Below are positions 1 through 10,152 of a stretch of 64,000 nt of DNA, in pieces. Each line of letters opens with the position of its first letter. The stretch's first letter is position 1. Below the pieces are notes generated by a model that had not been told where the DNA came from, ran no database searches, and worked only from the letters and a program-made list of their open reading frames with translations. This DNA is from an uncultured Planctomycetales bacterium (GTDB lineage Bacteria; Omnitrophota; Gorgyraeia; Zapsychrales; CAYRXT01). Both the position numbers and the translations under genes were made by a program. The stretch is taken from assembly GCA_964428315.1 (NCBI GenBank), contig CAYRXT010000008.1, forward strand, positions 6,140 through 70,139. The letters run 5' to 3'.

Positions 1-90
1 TGTAGCAAAAACTGAGGGGAAGTCAATCTTAATTCAACGGTCTGTCGTGTTGCCGGAATACGGGCGGAATCCTTATTGCTATAAAAACCC

Positions 91-119
91 GTGACCGGCG
101 TTTGCTACGCGCGTATAAT
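91..119 (+). promoter_or_regulatory. candidate sigma-70 promoter (GTGACC -35, 17-nt spacer, TATAAT -10) upstream of radical SAM gene
   Basis: Read directly: gtgacc at 91-96 and tataat at 114-119. It lies about 90 nt upstream of the ATG at 217. Confidence 0.25.
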
Positions 120-216
120 AAGTCCGTTCTGATCAATGAAGGAAGACTGAACACCATCCCAATAATGATTAAAGTATTTAAGGAAAGAACGAAAAACCTG
201 CCTGAAAGGAGATATC

Positions 217-1239
217 ATGCGCATAGAAGACGTTCTTAAAAAAACGCGGAATCACGAAATCTTCACCCAAGAGGAATTGATCGCTCTACTGGACCTGCCC
301 TGCGATTGCCCGGAAACATTCAGCGTGATGGCCGAGGCCAACCGCCTGTCCAAGGCGTTGAGCGGCAACAGGGCCGAGGTGCACGCCCAGTTTTCCCTGA
401 ATCTCTGGCCGTGCCGGTGCAACTGTGTCTTTTGCTCCTTTGCGACGGTGAACAAGGTGTTTACGGAACCCAGCGAGATCACCGTCGAAGAGGCCGTCGC
501 CAAGGCCCGGCAATTCGAGGCGGATGGCGCCAATGCCGTTTTCGTCATGACGACCGCGAATTACCCTTTCGAACGTTTCCTGGAAACGTCTCAGGAAATC
601 CGCCGGAACCTTTCGCGTCAGACAAAGATGATCGCCAACGTTGGCGACCAAAATCCGGAAAACGCGAAAAAGATCAAAGAGGCGGGATATAGCGGTGTCT
701 ACCACGCCGTGCGTCTGCGGGAAGGGGTGGATACCGGATTGGACCCGCAGGACCGCGTTGCTTCCATCAGGCACATGCAGGAAGCAGGCCTTCTGGTGGG
801 CACCTGCGTTGAGCCTGTCGGTCCCGAACATACGAACGAAGAACTGGCGCAGATGATCCTTTTGACGGCCTCCTTTCATCCCGCTTACAGCGGGGCGGCA
901 AGACGCATAACCATACCCGGCAGCCGGCTCGAACAATACGGAATGATATCCGAACTGCGCATGGCCCAGATTGTGGCCGTCACACGTCTGGCCATGCCGA
1001 GGGAGGTCACGGGGAACTGCACCCATGAACCCTGCACGCTCGGCGCCCTCGCCGGGGCCAATTTGTTCTGGGCCGAGGTCGGGGCCAATCCCCGCGATAT
1101 CCACGCCAAGACCGAAGAGGGCCGCGGCGGAACGGTGGCCCACTGCCGCACATTGTTCCAGGAGACGAACTGGAAAGTCCTTGATGGCCCTTCGGCTTTT
1201 TATCGCGACATCCCGCTTGCCGCCGGTCAGCGGGTATAA
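217..1239 (+). CDS. radical SAM domain protein (biotin-synthase/HydE-like fold)
   Basis: CxxxCxxC motif (CRCNCVFC) near residue 65. RBS AAAGGAGA lies 5 nt before the ATG. It is the only sizeable plus-strand gene at the 5' end. Confidence 0.6.
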   Translation: MRIEDVLKKTRNHEIFTQEELIALLDLPCDCPETFSVMAEANRLSKALSGNRAEVHAQFSLNLWPCRCNCVFCSFATVNKVFTEPSEITVEEAVAKARQFEADGANAVFVMTTANYPFERFLETSQEIRRNLSRQTKMIANVGDQNPENAKKIKEAGYSGVYHAVRLREGVDTGLDPQDRVASIRHMQEAGLLVGTCVEPVGPEHTNEELAQMILLTASFHPAYSGAARRITIPGSRLEQYGMISELRMAQIVAVTRLAMPREVTGNCTHEPCTLGALAGANLFWAEVGANPRDIHAKTEEGRGGTVAHCRTLFQETNWKVLDGPSAFYRDIPLAAGQRV

Positions 1240-1396
1240 GACTAAGAATATATCCGTTGGCCCCTTCACGATTCCGGCGGGCTTCCCTGAACCATTGCCG
1301 GTCAGGCAGACACAGCCGAAAAAGCCACCTCTCCCCTTTTTACGATCCAGGGATTTGGCGTCCACAGCCTTTCCGGAGGGCGCGCGGTCCTGTTCT

Positions 1397-1732
1397 CTAA
1401 CAATGATACCCTCTGATGAGCCGTTGCTTTTGTTCCTTGGTCAGACGCTTGATCCGGCGTTCTTCCTTCACGGCGTAAAGGTAATACCGGCACCGCTTGG
1501 CATAGACCAGCCGCAAAGGCCCCCTGCCTTTAAGGTATTTTGAACCCCGTCCGTTTGAGTGGTCCTTAATGCGTTTTTCAAGGTTGCTGGTGTAACCGGT
1601 GTACAGCGCGCCGTTACGGCACAGGATTATGTAAACGAAATAGATGCCATGTCGTTTTATCTTTTTTCTCTTCTTCCCGGAGCTCATGATTGATAAGTCT
1701 TTACAGGCTAAAATACGGCCGTTTTTCTTCAC
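1397..1732 (-). CDS. GIY-YIG nuclease-domain protein (UPF0213-like)
   Basis: HGIYFVYIILCRNGALYTGYTSNLEKRIKDH is a classic GIY-YIG motif. The true start is probably the internal Met at about 1687. Confidence 0.75.
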   Translation of the reverse strand: MKKNGRILACKDLSIMSSGKKRKKIKRHGIYFVYIILCRNGALYTGYTSNLEKRIKDHSNGRGSKYLKGRGPLRLVYAKRCRYYLYAVKEERRIKRLTKEQKQRLIRGYHC

Positions 1733-1771
1733 CGCTCACAAGGCCGAACATCCAGTATATGCCGCAAGACC

Positions 1772-3154
1772 TCAAACATTTTTGCCCTTGAGATCCTTGA
1801 GAAAAAGCACGACCAGGGTCACGGCCAGTGGAAAAACATGGATAAGCAGACGGGCGAACGTAAACGGTGAGATGACATGATTGCCCTTTTCGGAAACTAC
1901 AGCCAGCGTTATATGCAGGCCGAAAAAAAGCAGGATAGTCAAAAGGATAACCTGCCGGGATATGTCCCGGCGGATTTGCTGGCGGCTGAAAATAACGGCG
2001 ATCAGCGCGAACAGCCAGACAATGCTCCAGTTGGCCGTAAGGAAAACCTGCCCGAAAACGTCCCTGAAGACGGGAAGCATCCGGTGGAGTGCGTTGTGCC
2101 AGTTTACACCGATGTATTCTGCGGCGGGCAAACCGGCCAGCCATTTATAGAAACTGTAAACGGCATTGGGCAGTACCGCTGGTGCGATAAAAAGACCCAA
2201 GGTCCTCGCCTTTCGCCCGGGAGTCTGGCGCCGGTCCCGCATCATGATGTACGCCGTTACAACGGTGAGAATCAGGATATAGGCACCGCCTTCAAGTTTC
2301 AGAAAGCCTGCGAATCCGGCGAAAAGTGAGGCAAGAACCAGCAGGCCCGGAATTGCGGTTTCCTGCCATCGGCACAACAGGAACACCGATGTGCACAGGT
2401 AGTACATCATGAAAATGTCTCTGTAACTGATCCCCGCATGGTAGATGACCAGGTTGGAGGAGAAGAACAAAATGATGCCCGACAATGCGAGATCCCCATC
2501 CGTCTTGGAACGCAGAAAATCGTAAAATATCAGTGCGAACATGGAAAAGGCCAGCGGAAAAAGGATTTTGATCAGCTGGTCGGTCCATGCCCCCCAACAC
2601 ATGGCCAGCCACGCAATGATCATGGGTAGCTGAAGCGGGTAGGCCTTGTGTGCAAAATAGTGTTGGCTATCGAGGGATCTTTCAAAATAGAGGATTTTGG
2701 CGTTGAAAACGCTTGTCGCCACGGAATCCCACGTGTGGACCGGAAGGTTCAAGGCAACCCAGAAGATACAATAAAGGTAGTATGCGATAAAAATCAGCGC
2801 AGCGGCACGGAGGATATTCCCTCGTTGCCAGGGGCTCCGTCCGGACGCCTTTTCTTTTTGTTTCACGGAAGATGGAAGCGCAAACTTATACGCAAAACGC
2901 TTTTGACGCAAAGCGATAACGTGCTGACAGAGACTTACTGCCACAACACAAAGCGTGATCACAAGCGGTTCGTAACTGATTCCCGTCATCCCTATAAAGA
3001 GCATGATAAAGGCCAGCGTCCCAATTCCGAGACCGTAAGAGATCGCGATTGCATTGACCGGGTTCATCATCATTCCCTTTGTCACGGCAAAGAGAATCCG
3101 GCCGCCCATCAGCCAGGGTATAAGCACTCCAAGGAAAAACAGAAGGATGTTCAT
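1772..3154 (-). CDS. polytopic membrane protein, GT-C-like (ArnT/PMT-type) glycosyltransferase or polymerase candidate
   Basis: 460 aa with about 12 predicted TM helices. Family assignment is by overall architecture only. Confidence 0.45.
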   Translation of the reverse strand: MNILLFFLGVLIPWLMGGRILFAVTKGMMMNPVNAIAISYGLGIGTLAFIMLFIGMTGISYEPLVITLCVVAVSLCQHVIALRQKRFAYKFALPSSVKQKEKASGRSPWQRGNILRAAALIFIAYYLYCIFWVALNLPVHTWDSVATSVFNAKILYFERSLDSQHYFAHKAYPLQLPMIIAWLAMCWGAWTDQLIKILFPLAFSMFALIFYDFLRSKTDGDLALSGIILFFSSNLVIYHAGISYRDIFMMYYLCTSVFLLCRWQETAIPGLLVLASLFAGFAGFLKLEGGAYILILTVVTAYIMMRDRRQTPGRKARTLGLFIAPAVLPNAVYSFYKWLAGLPAAEYIGVNWHNALHRMLPVFRDVFGQVFLTANWSIVWLFALIAVIFSRQQIRRDISRQVILLTILLFFGLHITLAVVSEKGNHVISPFTFARLLIHVFPLAVTLVVLFLKDLKGKNV

Positions 3155-3981
3155 AAAAGGTCCTCCCTGACGGCGAAGAGAAATCTTTCTCCAATCTTAA
3201 GCCGCGGCACGTAATCGTCCGGGAGGAGATCCTCCGCGTTCCTTTTATCGAAGTAAATAAGATAATCCTCCTGTCTCTCTGGATTGAAACGTATCCTGAT
3301 CGGCAAAAGATAATAGGCCAGGCGTCTCTGGAGGGTCATGCCTTGGGATGTGGATAGATTCATGTCCGTAATGAGCCTTCCGTTGTAATAGCCGTCCCGC
3401 ATGTGCATTTTGCAAAGTCTGGCAAATTCGAAGGGAATCCCCATAATAAGCCGTTTTTTTTCTGTTTCCTCCATGCCGGAATAATGGACAACATTTTTGG
3501 AGAACCACCGGACATGCCCTGCCGTCTGGCACGAAACGATCACCAGTGAAACAGTCAGCAGGACCGCGGCCGCATCCCTCATGTAAAGTTTTATTCGGAA
3601 CGGTCTGCATTTTTGTCCTGCCGACAAAAAGACAACGGAATGCATTCCCGTCAGCATCACGAATGCGCAAAAGATAAAGAAAATAATTGCTGAATAGATC
3701 AGATCACTTTGCCCGTAAAACCCGTTCGCATTAGGCGGGGGGAAAAGCGCCCGCGTCGTCCATGCAAGCACTCCGGGGAGGGATAGACCGAAATAATGCC
3801 CGGCTGCCCGAAAGACAAAAGCCAGCGCAACAGCCGTAACAATGAAGACAACGGTGAATCTTTTCATCGTCAAGTTTTGCGGATACACGCGGTCGTGTCC
3901 TTGGAAGTCAAGGCAGTTAATGAAACGGCGAAAAGACCTCAGAATCTCCTTAACTATTGCACAGATATCCGGTGAAGGCAA
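3151..3981 (-). CDS. membrane-anchored hypothetical protein
   Basis: N-terminal TM segment (MKRFTVVFIVTAVALAFVF) plus soluble domain. Overlaps the downstream gene by 4 nt, suggesting an operon. No recognisable family. Confidence 0.4.
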   Translation of the reverse strand: MPSPDICAIVKEILRSFRRFINCLDFQGHDRVYPQNLTMKRFTVVFIVTAVALAFVFRAAGHYFGLSLPGVLAWTTRALFPPPNANGFYGQSDLIYSAIIFFIFCAFVMLTGMHSVVFLSAGQKCRPFRIKLYMRDAAAVLLTVSLVIVSCQTAGHVRWFSKNVVHYSGMEETEKKRLIMGIPFEFARLCKMHMRDGYYNGRLITDMNLSTSQGMTLQRRLAYYLLPIRIRFNPERQEDYLIYFDKRNAEDLLPDDYVPRLKIGERFLFAVREDLL

Positions 3982-3991
3982 GCCGCTATTG

Positions 3992-5062
3992 TTATTTCTG
4001 TAAGGGAGTCGAAGAAGATTTTTGCTGGATGGTATTGATCGCCGCGGAGGTCATCTCGGTCAAAAGAAGGATGGAATCGAGTCCGGCTCGGCCGGAGGGC
4101 CCCGCGTCTTTTCTGGACGAGAGGTTCAGGACGCCGTAAAGTTTGTCCGCCGATTTCAGGGGGGTAACGAGGGAAAATTTGATATCGGGCCGTTTGAGGT
4201 GTTCTTGAATGCGGTTGTGCGCGCTTTGCGTCCCTTCGATAAACAGGGGCGTTCTCTCTTCGGCCACGACCCCGGCCACGCCTTCGCCGACGCGCGTCCG
4301 CGCACGGTTGATGATGTCTTTCTTGAGGCCGCGGGACACCTTGATTGTCAGTTCACCGGTTTCTTCATCCAGGACCATGATGGATCCGCATTCGGTCCGG
4401 GTCATCTTCATGGCCATATCCAGAAATGTGGCCAGGAGCTCGTCTAGGAAGATCGAAGAAAGGATGTCCTGCGCGTCCCTGCTTATCTCTTCGCCCAGTC
4501 CTTCGCTGTTTAAAGCGAGTTTTGAGAGATCATATTTCTGTGATTTCAACTGTACCGTGTAGCGGGAGACCTCGTCCAGCAGATCGAGGATGGACTTGAT
4601 GCCCACGAAGGAGATGGTCCTGATCTCGCCCAAGGCGTCCAGAAGATCGGACGGTTCCATCCCGAACTCCAGGGCGATTTTTTCGTAATGTTCCGCACCC
4701 AGTCGGCGGTTCAGTATCACGGGACCGATAATAAGATAGGCTACGGCTGTCCTCCTGGGGCCGTAAATGGGGACGGCAAAAAGGTGCAGATCGAAGGGGT
4801 ATTGATATTCGAGATAAAAGCCGTGCTGTTTAAACTTATCCATCATCCTGGAGTCGTCCTTGAGCAGGTCCATGCCCGCGGGCGACATCTCGAGAAATTT
4901 CCAGCCATAACGGCCCATGCAGGGCGTCAGGAAGGCCTTGCCCTGATGGTCGACCATGAAGATATTCACACGAAGGACGTCGATGAAGCGCTGGAGGATT
5001 TCGACCCAGCGGTCTTTATCGATCAATTCCTGAGTGAGTTGTCTGATGTCCTTGTCGTTCAT
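3992..5062 (-). CDS. PocR-like sensory domain plus GAF domain protein (no output domain)
   Basis: N-terminal PocR-like region. The C-terminal part reads like a GAF domain (GSIMVLDEETGELTIKVSRGL...VGEGVAGVVAEERTPLFIE). Lies directly downstream of the response regulator. Confidence 0.55.
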   Translation of the reverse strand: MNDKDIRQLTQELIDKDRWVEILQRFIDVLRVNIFMVDHQGKAFLTPCMGRYGWKFLEMSPAGMDLLKDDSRMMDKFKQHGFYLEYQYPFDLHLFAVPIYGPRRTAVAYLIIGPVILNRRLGAEHYEKIALEFGMEPSDLLDALGEIRTISFVGIKSILDLLDEVSRYTVQLKSQKYDLSKLALNSEGLGEEISRDAQDILSSIFLDELLATFLDMAMKMTRTECGSIMVLDEETGELTIKVSRGLKKDIINRARTRVGEGVAGVVAEERTPLFIEGTQSAHNRIQEHLKRPDIKFSLVTPLKSADKLYGVLNLSSRKDAGPSGRAGLDSILLLTEMTSAAINTIQQKSSSTPLQK

Positions 5063-5063
5063 G

Positions 5064-6440
5064 TCATTTCGCAGGCCGTTTGAAGGGGATATCCAGTTTT
5101 TTCATTTTATTGTACAGGGTTGTACGGTTGACGCCGAGCGCGGCGGCGGCTTTGTTGCGGTTCCAGTTGCTTTCCCTGAGGACCGAAAGGATCAACTCGC
5201 GTTCGGGTTCCTCCAGAATTTTCTTTAACGGTTTTCCGTCGCTGGGTTTGATGGCGTCCGCCGAAAATTTTTCGGCGTTGGGGATGTCCCGCAGGTTGAG
5301 GACGTCCGTCTTGGCCATGATCACGGCGCCTTCTATCGCGTTTTCCAGCTCACGGATGTTTCCCGGCCAGTTGTATTCGAGGAAAGTCTTCCTGACCTCT
5401 TCCGAAATCCCCGTGATCTTCTTGTCGGATTTTTCGTTGTATTTACGCATGAACTCATCGACCAGCAATTCGATGTCTTCCTTGCGCTCCCTGAGCGGAG
5501 GGACCTGGATGGCGATGACGTTGATCCGGTAGTAGAGATCTTCACGGAACTCGCCTTTTTCGACCTGTTCCCGGAGATCGCGGTTAGTTGCGACGATGAT
5601 CCGCGCGTCGGTCTTCCGCGGCATGTTATCGCCCACGCGTTCGAATATCCCGTCCTGAAGAACCCGGAGCAGTTTGACCTGAAGATTGGGAGAAAACGCG
5701 TCGATTTCATCGAGGAAGATCGTGCCGTCCTTGGCATATTCGAAGCGCCCCTCCTTGTCCTTGATGGCGCCGGTGAAGGAGCCTTTCATGTGTCCGAACA
5801 GCTCGCTTTCAAGCAGTGTCTCGGAAAGTGCTCCGCAGCTGACCTCCACAAAGGGTTTGTCGAGGCGTTGTTTGTCGTTCCGCTGAATGGCCCTCGCCAC
5901 GAGGCTCTTCCCTGTTCCGCTGTCACCGGTGATCAGGATGGTCGCGTGGGTGCTGGCAACAGAGTCGATGATATGATAGATCTTCTGCATCTTTTCGCTC
6001 GCGCCGGTCATGCCGTCGTATGTTGACCGTGACGTCCTGGCCAGTTTGCGTTTGAGGCTGATGTTTTCGTCCACGATGGACTTCTTGTCAATGATCCGCT
6101 TGATGAGCAATTTGATCTCGTTGTCGATAATCGGTTTGGTGATATAGTCATAGGCGCCTTTTTTCATGGCCTCGACCGCTGTTTCGATGCTTCCGTAACC
6201 GGTGATGATGATGACCTCGGTTTCCGGGTGGTCTTTCTTGACCGCTTCCAGCAGATCGAGGCCGCTCATGGACGGAAGTTTCATGTCGGTGATGACGGCG
6301 TCCACCGGTGTATGGCTGAGGAGTTCAAGTGCGTCCTCGGCGTTTTCCGTCATATGGGCGTTGTATCCCTCAATGCGCAGGATCTCATAAAGGGATTTGC
6401 GTATAAGCGGTTCGTCGTCGACAATCAAAATATTAAACAT
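5064..6440 (-). CDS. sigma-54-dependent Fis-family response regulator (NtrC-like; PrsR-like candidate)
   Basis: Receiver domain (DDEPLIR, D...K), AAA+ sigma-54 activator motifs (GDSGTGKSLVARAIQ, GAFTGA, ESELFGH) and a C-terminal HTH. Overlaps the histidine kinase gene by 8 nt. Confidence 0.9.
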   Translation of the reverse strand: MFNILIVDDEPLIRKSLYEILRIEGYNAHMTENAEDALELLSHTPVDAVITDMKLPSMSGLDLLEAVKKDHPETEVIIITGYGSIETAVEAMKKGAYDYITKPIIDNEIKLLIKRIIDKKSIVDENISLKRKLARTSRSTYDGMTGASEKMQKIYHIIDSVASTHATILITGDSGTGKSLVARAIQRNDKQRLDKPFVEVSCGALSETLLESELFGHMKGSFTGAIKDKEGRFEYAKDGTIFLDEIDAFSPNLQVKLLRVLQDGIFERVGDNMPRKTDARIIVATNRDLREQVEKGEFREDLYYRINVIAIQVPPLRERKEDIELLVDEFMRKYNEKSDKKITGISEEVRKTFLEYNWPGNIRELENAIEGAVIMAKTDVLNLRDIPNAEKFSADAIKPSDGKPLKKILEEPERELILSVLRESNWNRNKAAAALGVNRTTLYNKMKKLDIPFKRPAK

Positions 6441-7767
6441 CTCCCGCCTCCGTCTCTTCTGGCCCCACCGGGATAGACACCGTGAATATGGCGCCTTTGC
6501 CGGGCGCGCTTTCCACGTCGATCTCCCCGCCGTAGGATTTTACGATCTCTTGGACGATCGTCAGCCCGAGCCCGCATCCCTTGTCGATATCCTTTGTCGT
6601 AAAAAAGGGGTCAAAGATCCTTTCGATCAGGTCGCTTTGAATGCCGGATCCGTTGTCCGCGACCGAGAAAAGGATTTTTCCGTCTTTAAAAGCCGTCATA
6701 ATCGCTATCTCCCCGCCGTCCCGGACCGAGTCGATGGCATTGCGCAGAAGGTTCAAAACGACGCGATCGACTCCGAAGTCCATCAAAAGAGGGACGTTAT
6801 CCGCCAGCGATTTGGTCAGCCGGATGTTCTTCTGGTACAATGCGGTCCCAAGCCCGCCGGTCGCTTCATTGACGGCGTCATTAAAATGTATCTTCTTCAT
6901 CGTCGGGGGCTCATTGCGAGAGCATGCCAGCAGACTCCGCACAATGTTGACCATGCGGTTGAGACCCGCCTTGGCCTCAATGAGATAATCCTTTACGGGA
7001 TCGTCCTCTTCGAGCTGGGTCAACGAGAGGTTGATGAAGCGCAGTACGCCGTCAAGGGGATTATTCAGTTCGTGGGCGATGCCGCCGGCCAGTTTGCCCA
7101 GCGAAGCCAGCTTCTCCTGGGTTATGACCTGGTGGCGCAGTTTGCTTGTCATTTCACTGGATTTCCCCAGTTCGTCCTTGAGCGACTGGGATTCTTTGAC
7201 GAGACGTTTGAATTTGTTGTAAAGCCGTGTGCGCCGGTAATTCAGGGCGATTTGGCTTGAGAGAAAGTCGAGGATCTGCAGTTCATTGCTGGTGAAGCGG
7301 GAGCCTGTCGTTTTGTCGGCGATGTTGATCACACCGATCAGCTTATCCTTGAAGAGTAGAGGCGCGCAGAGGAAAGACGGCGTCGAATAACCTTTACGGG
7401 GCTGGTGCTCGGGGAATCGTGTGTCGCGCGTGATATCATCCACGAAGAGAGGCTTCTTGATCTCGGCCACTTTGCCGACAACGCCTTCACCCAGCTTTTT
7501 GACCAGCTTTTCCTGTTCGCCGACTCCCATCCCGCGGCCGATTTTGAGGATCAGCTCTTGGCCGTTTTCGCTCAAAAGAAAGATAGACCCCCGTCTGGCC
7601 TGGAAGAGGTCCAGGGTCTTGTCCAGCGAGACCTCCAGGAGTTCCTGTGCCGTGAGGGTAACATTAACGGCGGCGCAGATGTCACCGATCTTTTGAAAGA
7701 CGTCCGACTGGATGAAATTTTCGGTTATGTTATCGGCCGGATTCATGGTTAGGGTATCGCAAATCAC
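6433..7767 (-). CDS. cytoplasmic GAF-domain sensor histidine kinase
   Basis: GAF domain, H-box HELNNPL, HATPase_c G-boxes (DNGSGI, GLGLTIV). Confidence 0.85.
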   Translation of the reverse strand: MICDTLTMNPADNITENFIQSDVFQKIGDICAAVNVTLTAQELLEVSLDKTLDLFQARRGSIFLLSENGQELILKIGRGMGVGEQEKLVKKLGEGVVGKVAEIKKPLFVDDITRDTRFPEHQPRKGYSTPSFLCAPLLFKDKLIGVINIADKTTGSRFTSNELQILDFLSSQIALNYRRTRLYNKFKRLVKESQSLKDELGKSSEMTSKLRHQVITQEKLASLGKLAGGIAHELNNPLDGVLRFINLSLTQLEEDDPVKDYLIEAKAGLNRMVNIVRSLLACSRNEPPTMKKIHFNDAVNEATGGLGTALYQKNIRLTKSLADNVPLLMDFGVDRVVLNLLRNAIDSVRDGGEIAIMTAFKDGKILFSVADNGSGIQSDLIERIFDPFFTTKDIDKGCGLGLTIVQEIVKSYGGEIDVESAPGKGAIFTVSIPVGPEETEAGDV

Positions 7768-7791
7768 GGTTTTAAAAATTAAGATAACGCC

Positions 7792-8691
7792 TCACGGATT
7801 AACCTCCGCTGAGGAGGCCCTCTCTTTTTTCAATTTCAACTCCCGCAATCCAGTATCCATCTGCTCAATGACCTTCTTGAGAGTATGATCCGGATGTTCC
7901 TCAAGAAATTCACGGTAAACGCTCTGTGCCCGTTGGGGATCACGGAGCTTCACAATGCTTATGGTGTTCAGCATCTGCATTGTGGACAGAAGCGACCGGC
8001 TTTGGGGGTAGGCGAACATGGTTTTTCTCAGTATCCTTACGGCATCATCCCATTTTTCCTGAAGGATCTTGCTGTTGGCCAGCAGATTCAGGGCATTCAG
8101 GCCGACCGCGGAATCCGGATGTCCTTCGGCCAGGCGCGCATAATGCGTATCCGCCCGCCGGAAGGAGGCGTCCGCTTTCTCCAGGTCTCCCCTGTCCAGA
8201 TATTTCCTTGCCAGATAAAGCGGTACCTTCAACCCGACCGGGGTTAACGGATAATCAGCAACGATTTTGTGAAGAACGGTCTCGGCCTCCGGCCAATTAT
8301 CTTCTTTCTCATAGGTGATCGCGATAGCCATGGCGGCTTCAGCCTTGAGAACGTCATTGCCCGGAAAATCCACGAACACATTTTGCAGGGAGCGCCTCGC
8401 TTTTTCGTAATTCTCTTGGGCCGTATAGAGATTGCCCAGTTGAAGTTCCGCCTGGGCCTTGATGGACGGATAGTCGTCGTAACGGTTAATGATCTTTTCG
8501 TATTGGCCGGCAATTTCTTCATAAACCGCCTTGGGGGTGGATTCCGGGTTCTTGACCGTTTCAGACAACCGCTTGTTTGTTTTCCAGAGTATCTTCTCAG
8601 CCTCGTATTGGCTTTGCCGCCCAAGCACGGACAAAAGAATATACAGCCCGATCAGGATAATTGCGCAAAAGGCTGTCAGTTTCTTCATCAT
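7792..8691 (-). CDS. TPR-repeat protein with N-terminal signal/anchor
   Basis: Hydrophobic N-terminus followed by repeated TPR-like 34-aa units (LQLGNLYTAQENYEKARRSL etc.). Confidence 0.65.
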   Translation of the reverse strand: MMKKLTAFCAIILIGLYILLSVLGRQSQYEAEKILWKTNKRLSETVKNPESTPKAVYEEIAGQYEKIINRYDDYPSIKAQAELQLGNLYTAQENYEKARRSLQNVFVDFPGNDVLKAEAAMAIAITYEKEDNWPEAETVLHKIVADYPLTPVGLKVPLYLARKYLDRGDLEKADASFRRADTHYARLAEGHPDSAVGLNALNLLANSKILQEKWDDAVRILRKTMFAYPQSRSLLSTMQMLNTISIVKLRDPQRAQSVYREFLEEHPDHTLKKVIEQMDTGLRELKLKKERASSAEVNP

Positions 8692-8707
8692 GGCCTAAGC
8701 TGTCTCC

Positions 8708-9607
8708 TCAGGAAGCGGTTCGGGAAAAAGTCTCTTGCTGTTCTTCCTTTTTCATAAGGTAAAATGTCGTAAGGGCGACCAGCACTGCCGCATCAATAAA
8801 GAGCGTGACGATGATGCTCGCGACAATGATAAGCGCCTGCCCCTCCGGAAATACGGAATTCATCTGGGGCGAAAGCGAATTGCGCATGATCAGAACAGGG
8901 ACATAAAGGATCATGGGGAAAAACACGATGCAGGTGACTGTTGTCAGTGACTTCCAAAGATATCCAAAATTCACTGCAAGCGCGGTATGGATCTTTTTCC
9001 GGTCGATAACAATCGCCGGTATGACAAAGGCAAAAACCGTTGTCACTATAATCGCGATAAGAAGCTGAAAATACGGGGCGCCGTGGATGATGACTGTCTT
9101 CAAGACGAAAAGGACGCCGGAGCTAGACCGGATCTGTTCCGCCCGCAAATAGATCTGAGCGAACAAATCCGAAAGCGTTTTAACCGCCAGGAGTGATAAA
9201 AAGGCGGCGATAATAATATGAACGTATTGCGACAGCGTGTCGCGAATAGCTGTTTTGATGACGATATGTTTCCCGTCATTGATGGCCTTGATTATCCGGA
9301 CGGCGACGGCCGTAAAAAAGGCCCCGAAAAAGACAAAGATAACCAGCTGGCTGTAAAAAAACAGTTTCGGCAACAGTATAAAATTATAGGGGTAATGCAG
9401 GAACGTCTCATGCCAGATCCGCCGGACAACTGGTCCGAAAAAAATCACCAGCGGATAGCGCGGCAAAAAATAGAGCATCTCGAGAGCCAGCAGTTGCAGG
9501 AGCGCAATCAATATAAACGGATAAAAGATGACAGGATGTCCTGCCAGGATGCCCAGTGATACCTTCAACACCGCAACCGGGTGCCGGTAAATGGCGTTTT
9601 TTTGCAT
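8708..9607 (-). CDS. polytopic integral membrane protein, unknown function
   Basis: About 8-10 predicted TM helices. First gene after the terminator at 9700-9738. It precedes the TPR, kinase and regulator genes. Confidence 0.5.
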   Translation of the reverse strand: MQKNAIYRHPVAVLKVSLGILAGHPVIFYPFILIALLQLLALEMLYFLPRYPLVIFFGPVVRRIWHETFLHYPYNFILLPKLFFYSQLVIFVFFGAFFTAVAVRIIKAINDGKHIVIKTAIRDTLSQYVHIIIAAFLSLLAVKTLSDLFAQIYLRAEQIRSSSGVLFVLKTVIIHGAPYFQLLIAIIVTTVFAFVIPAIVIDRKKIHTALAVNFGYLWKSLTTVTCIVFFPMILYVPVLIMRNSLSPQMNSVFPEGQALIIVASIIVTLFIDAAVLVALTTFYLMKKEEQQETFSRTAS

Positions 9608-9699
9608 TTGTTTATATTTAACGATTAAGGATAAAAGGAAAATTTATGCTAACAAATTCGTAACTGCATGTCAAATTTAAACTTTTATAAAGATTTGAC

Positions 9700-9738
9700 A
9701 AAAAAATAAGACAAGTTTGAGAACCTGTCTTATTTTTC
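9700..9738. terminator. bidirectional rho-independent terminator (A7 - ATAAGACA/TGTCTTAT stem - T5)
   Basis: Perfect 8-bp stem flanked by an A-run and a T-run. Downstream of the mini PEP-CTERM gene on the minus strand. Confidence 0.55.
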
Positions 9739-9799
9739 GTTGAGAAAATGAATCTCTCCATCCGTGGCAGCAAACCTTTGTTTGTCAGCAAATCCCCGG

Positions 9800-10081
9800 T
9801 TATCTTTTCTTGTTCTTCATCCGCGCATAAGCCATGACCATCATTCCGCTTCCCATTAGCATGAGGGTTGCCGGTTCCGGATTATGCAGTGTAGCCAACG
9901 AGGAACCTGCGCCTCCGGTTATCGCGGCCGCTCCGCCAGCCGACGAACCGCCTGAGGACGCGGCGAGGAATATTCCGCCGCTTCCAATCAGGCTTCCGAG
10001 TCCGCCGCCCTGACAACCGTACAGTGCGGGAAGAAGAACCGACAAGCCAATGACTTGTAATGATTGAATTAGCTTTTTCAT
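9800..10081 (-). CDS. minimal Gly/Ser-rich PEP-CTERM protein (exosortase substrate)
   Basis: Signal peptide and low-complexity G/S/A region. C-terminal PEPATLMLMGSGMMVMAYARMKNKKR gives PEP, TM helix and basic tail. Confidence 0.75.
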   Translation of the reverse strand: MKKLIQSLQVIGLSVLLPALYGCQGGGLGSLIGSGGIFLAASSGGSSAGGAAAITGGAGSSLATLHNPEPATLMLMGSGMMVMAYARMKNKKR

Positions 10082-10152
10082 AAGTTCTCTCCCTATGGTT
10101 ATTATAGCGATCTATACTCTCTAATCTCATCAGTTTGACGATCACGTCATCG

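Noticed and set aside
286-1365. 359-aa minus-strand ORF overlapping the radical SAM gene, with many other long antisense ORFs elsewhere (e.g. 17181-18344 +, 27832-28755 +, 42693-43553 +, 44661-45863 +, 44971-46023 -, 52525-53202 +, 59689-60492 +)
   Set aside because: These are Arg/Gly/Pro-rich shadow ORFs typical of GC-rich coding DNA. Each lies antisense or out of frame to a gene with clear family motifs.
4220-4236. gctttgcgtccc motif inside the PocR-GAF ORF, resembling part of the GEMM core
   Set aside because: It is an isolated 12-mer with no GGCAAACC partner or hairpins and lies within a coding sequence. Probably coincidental.
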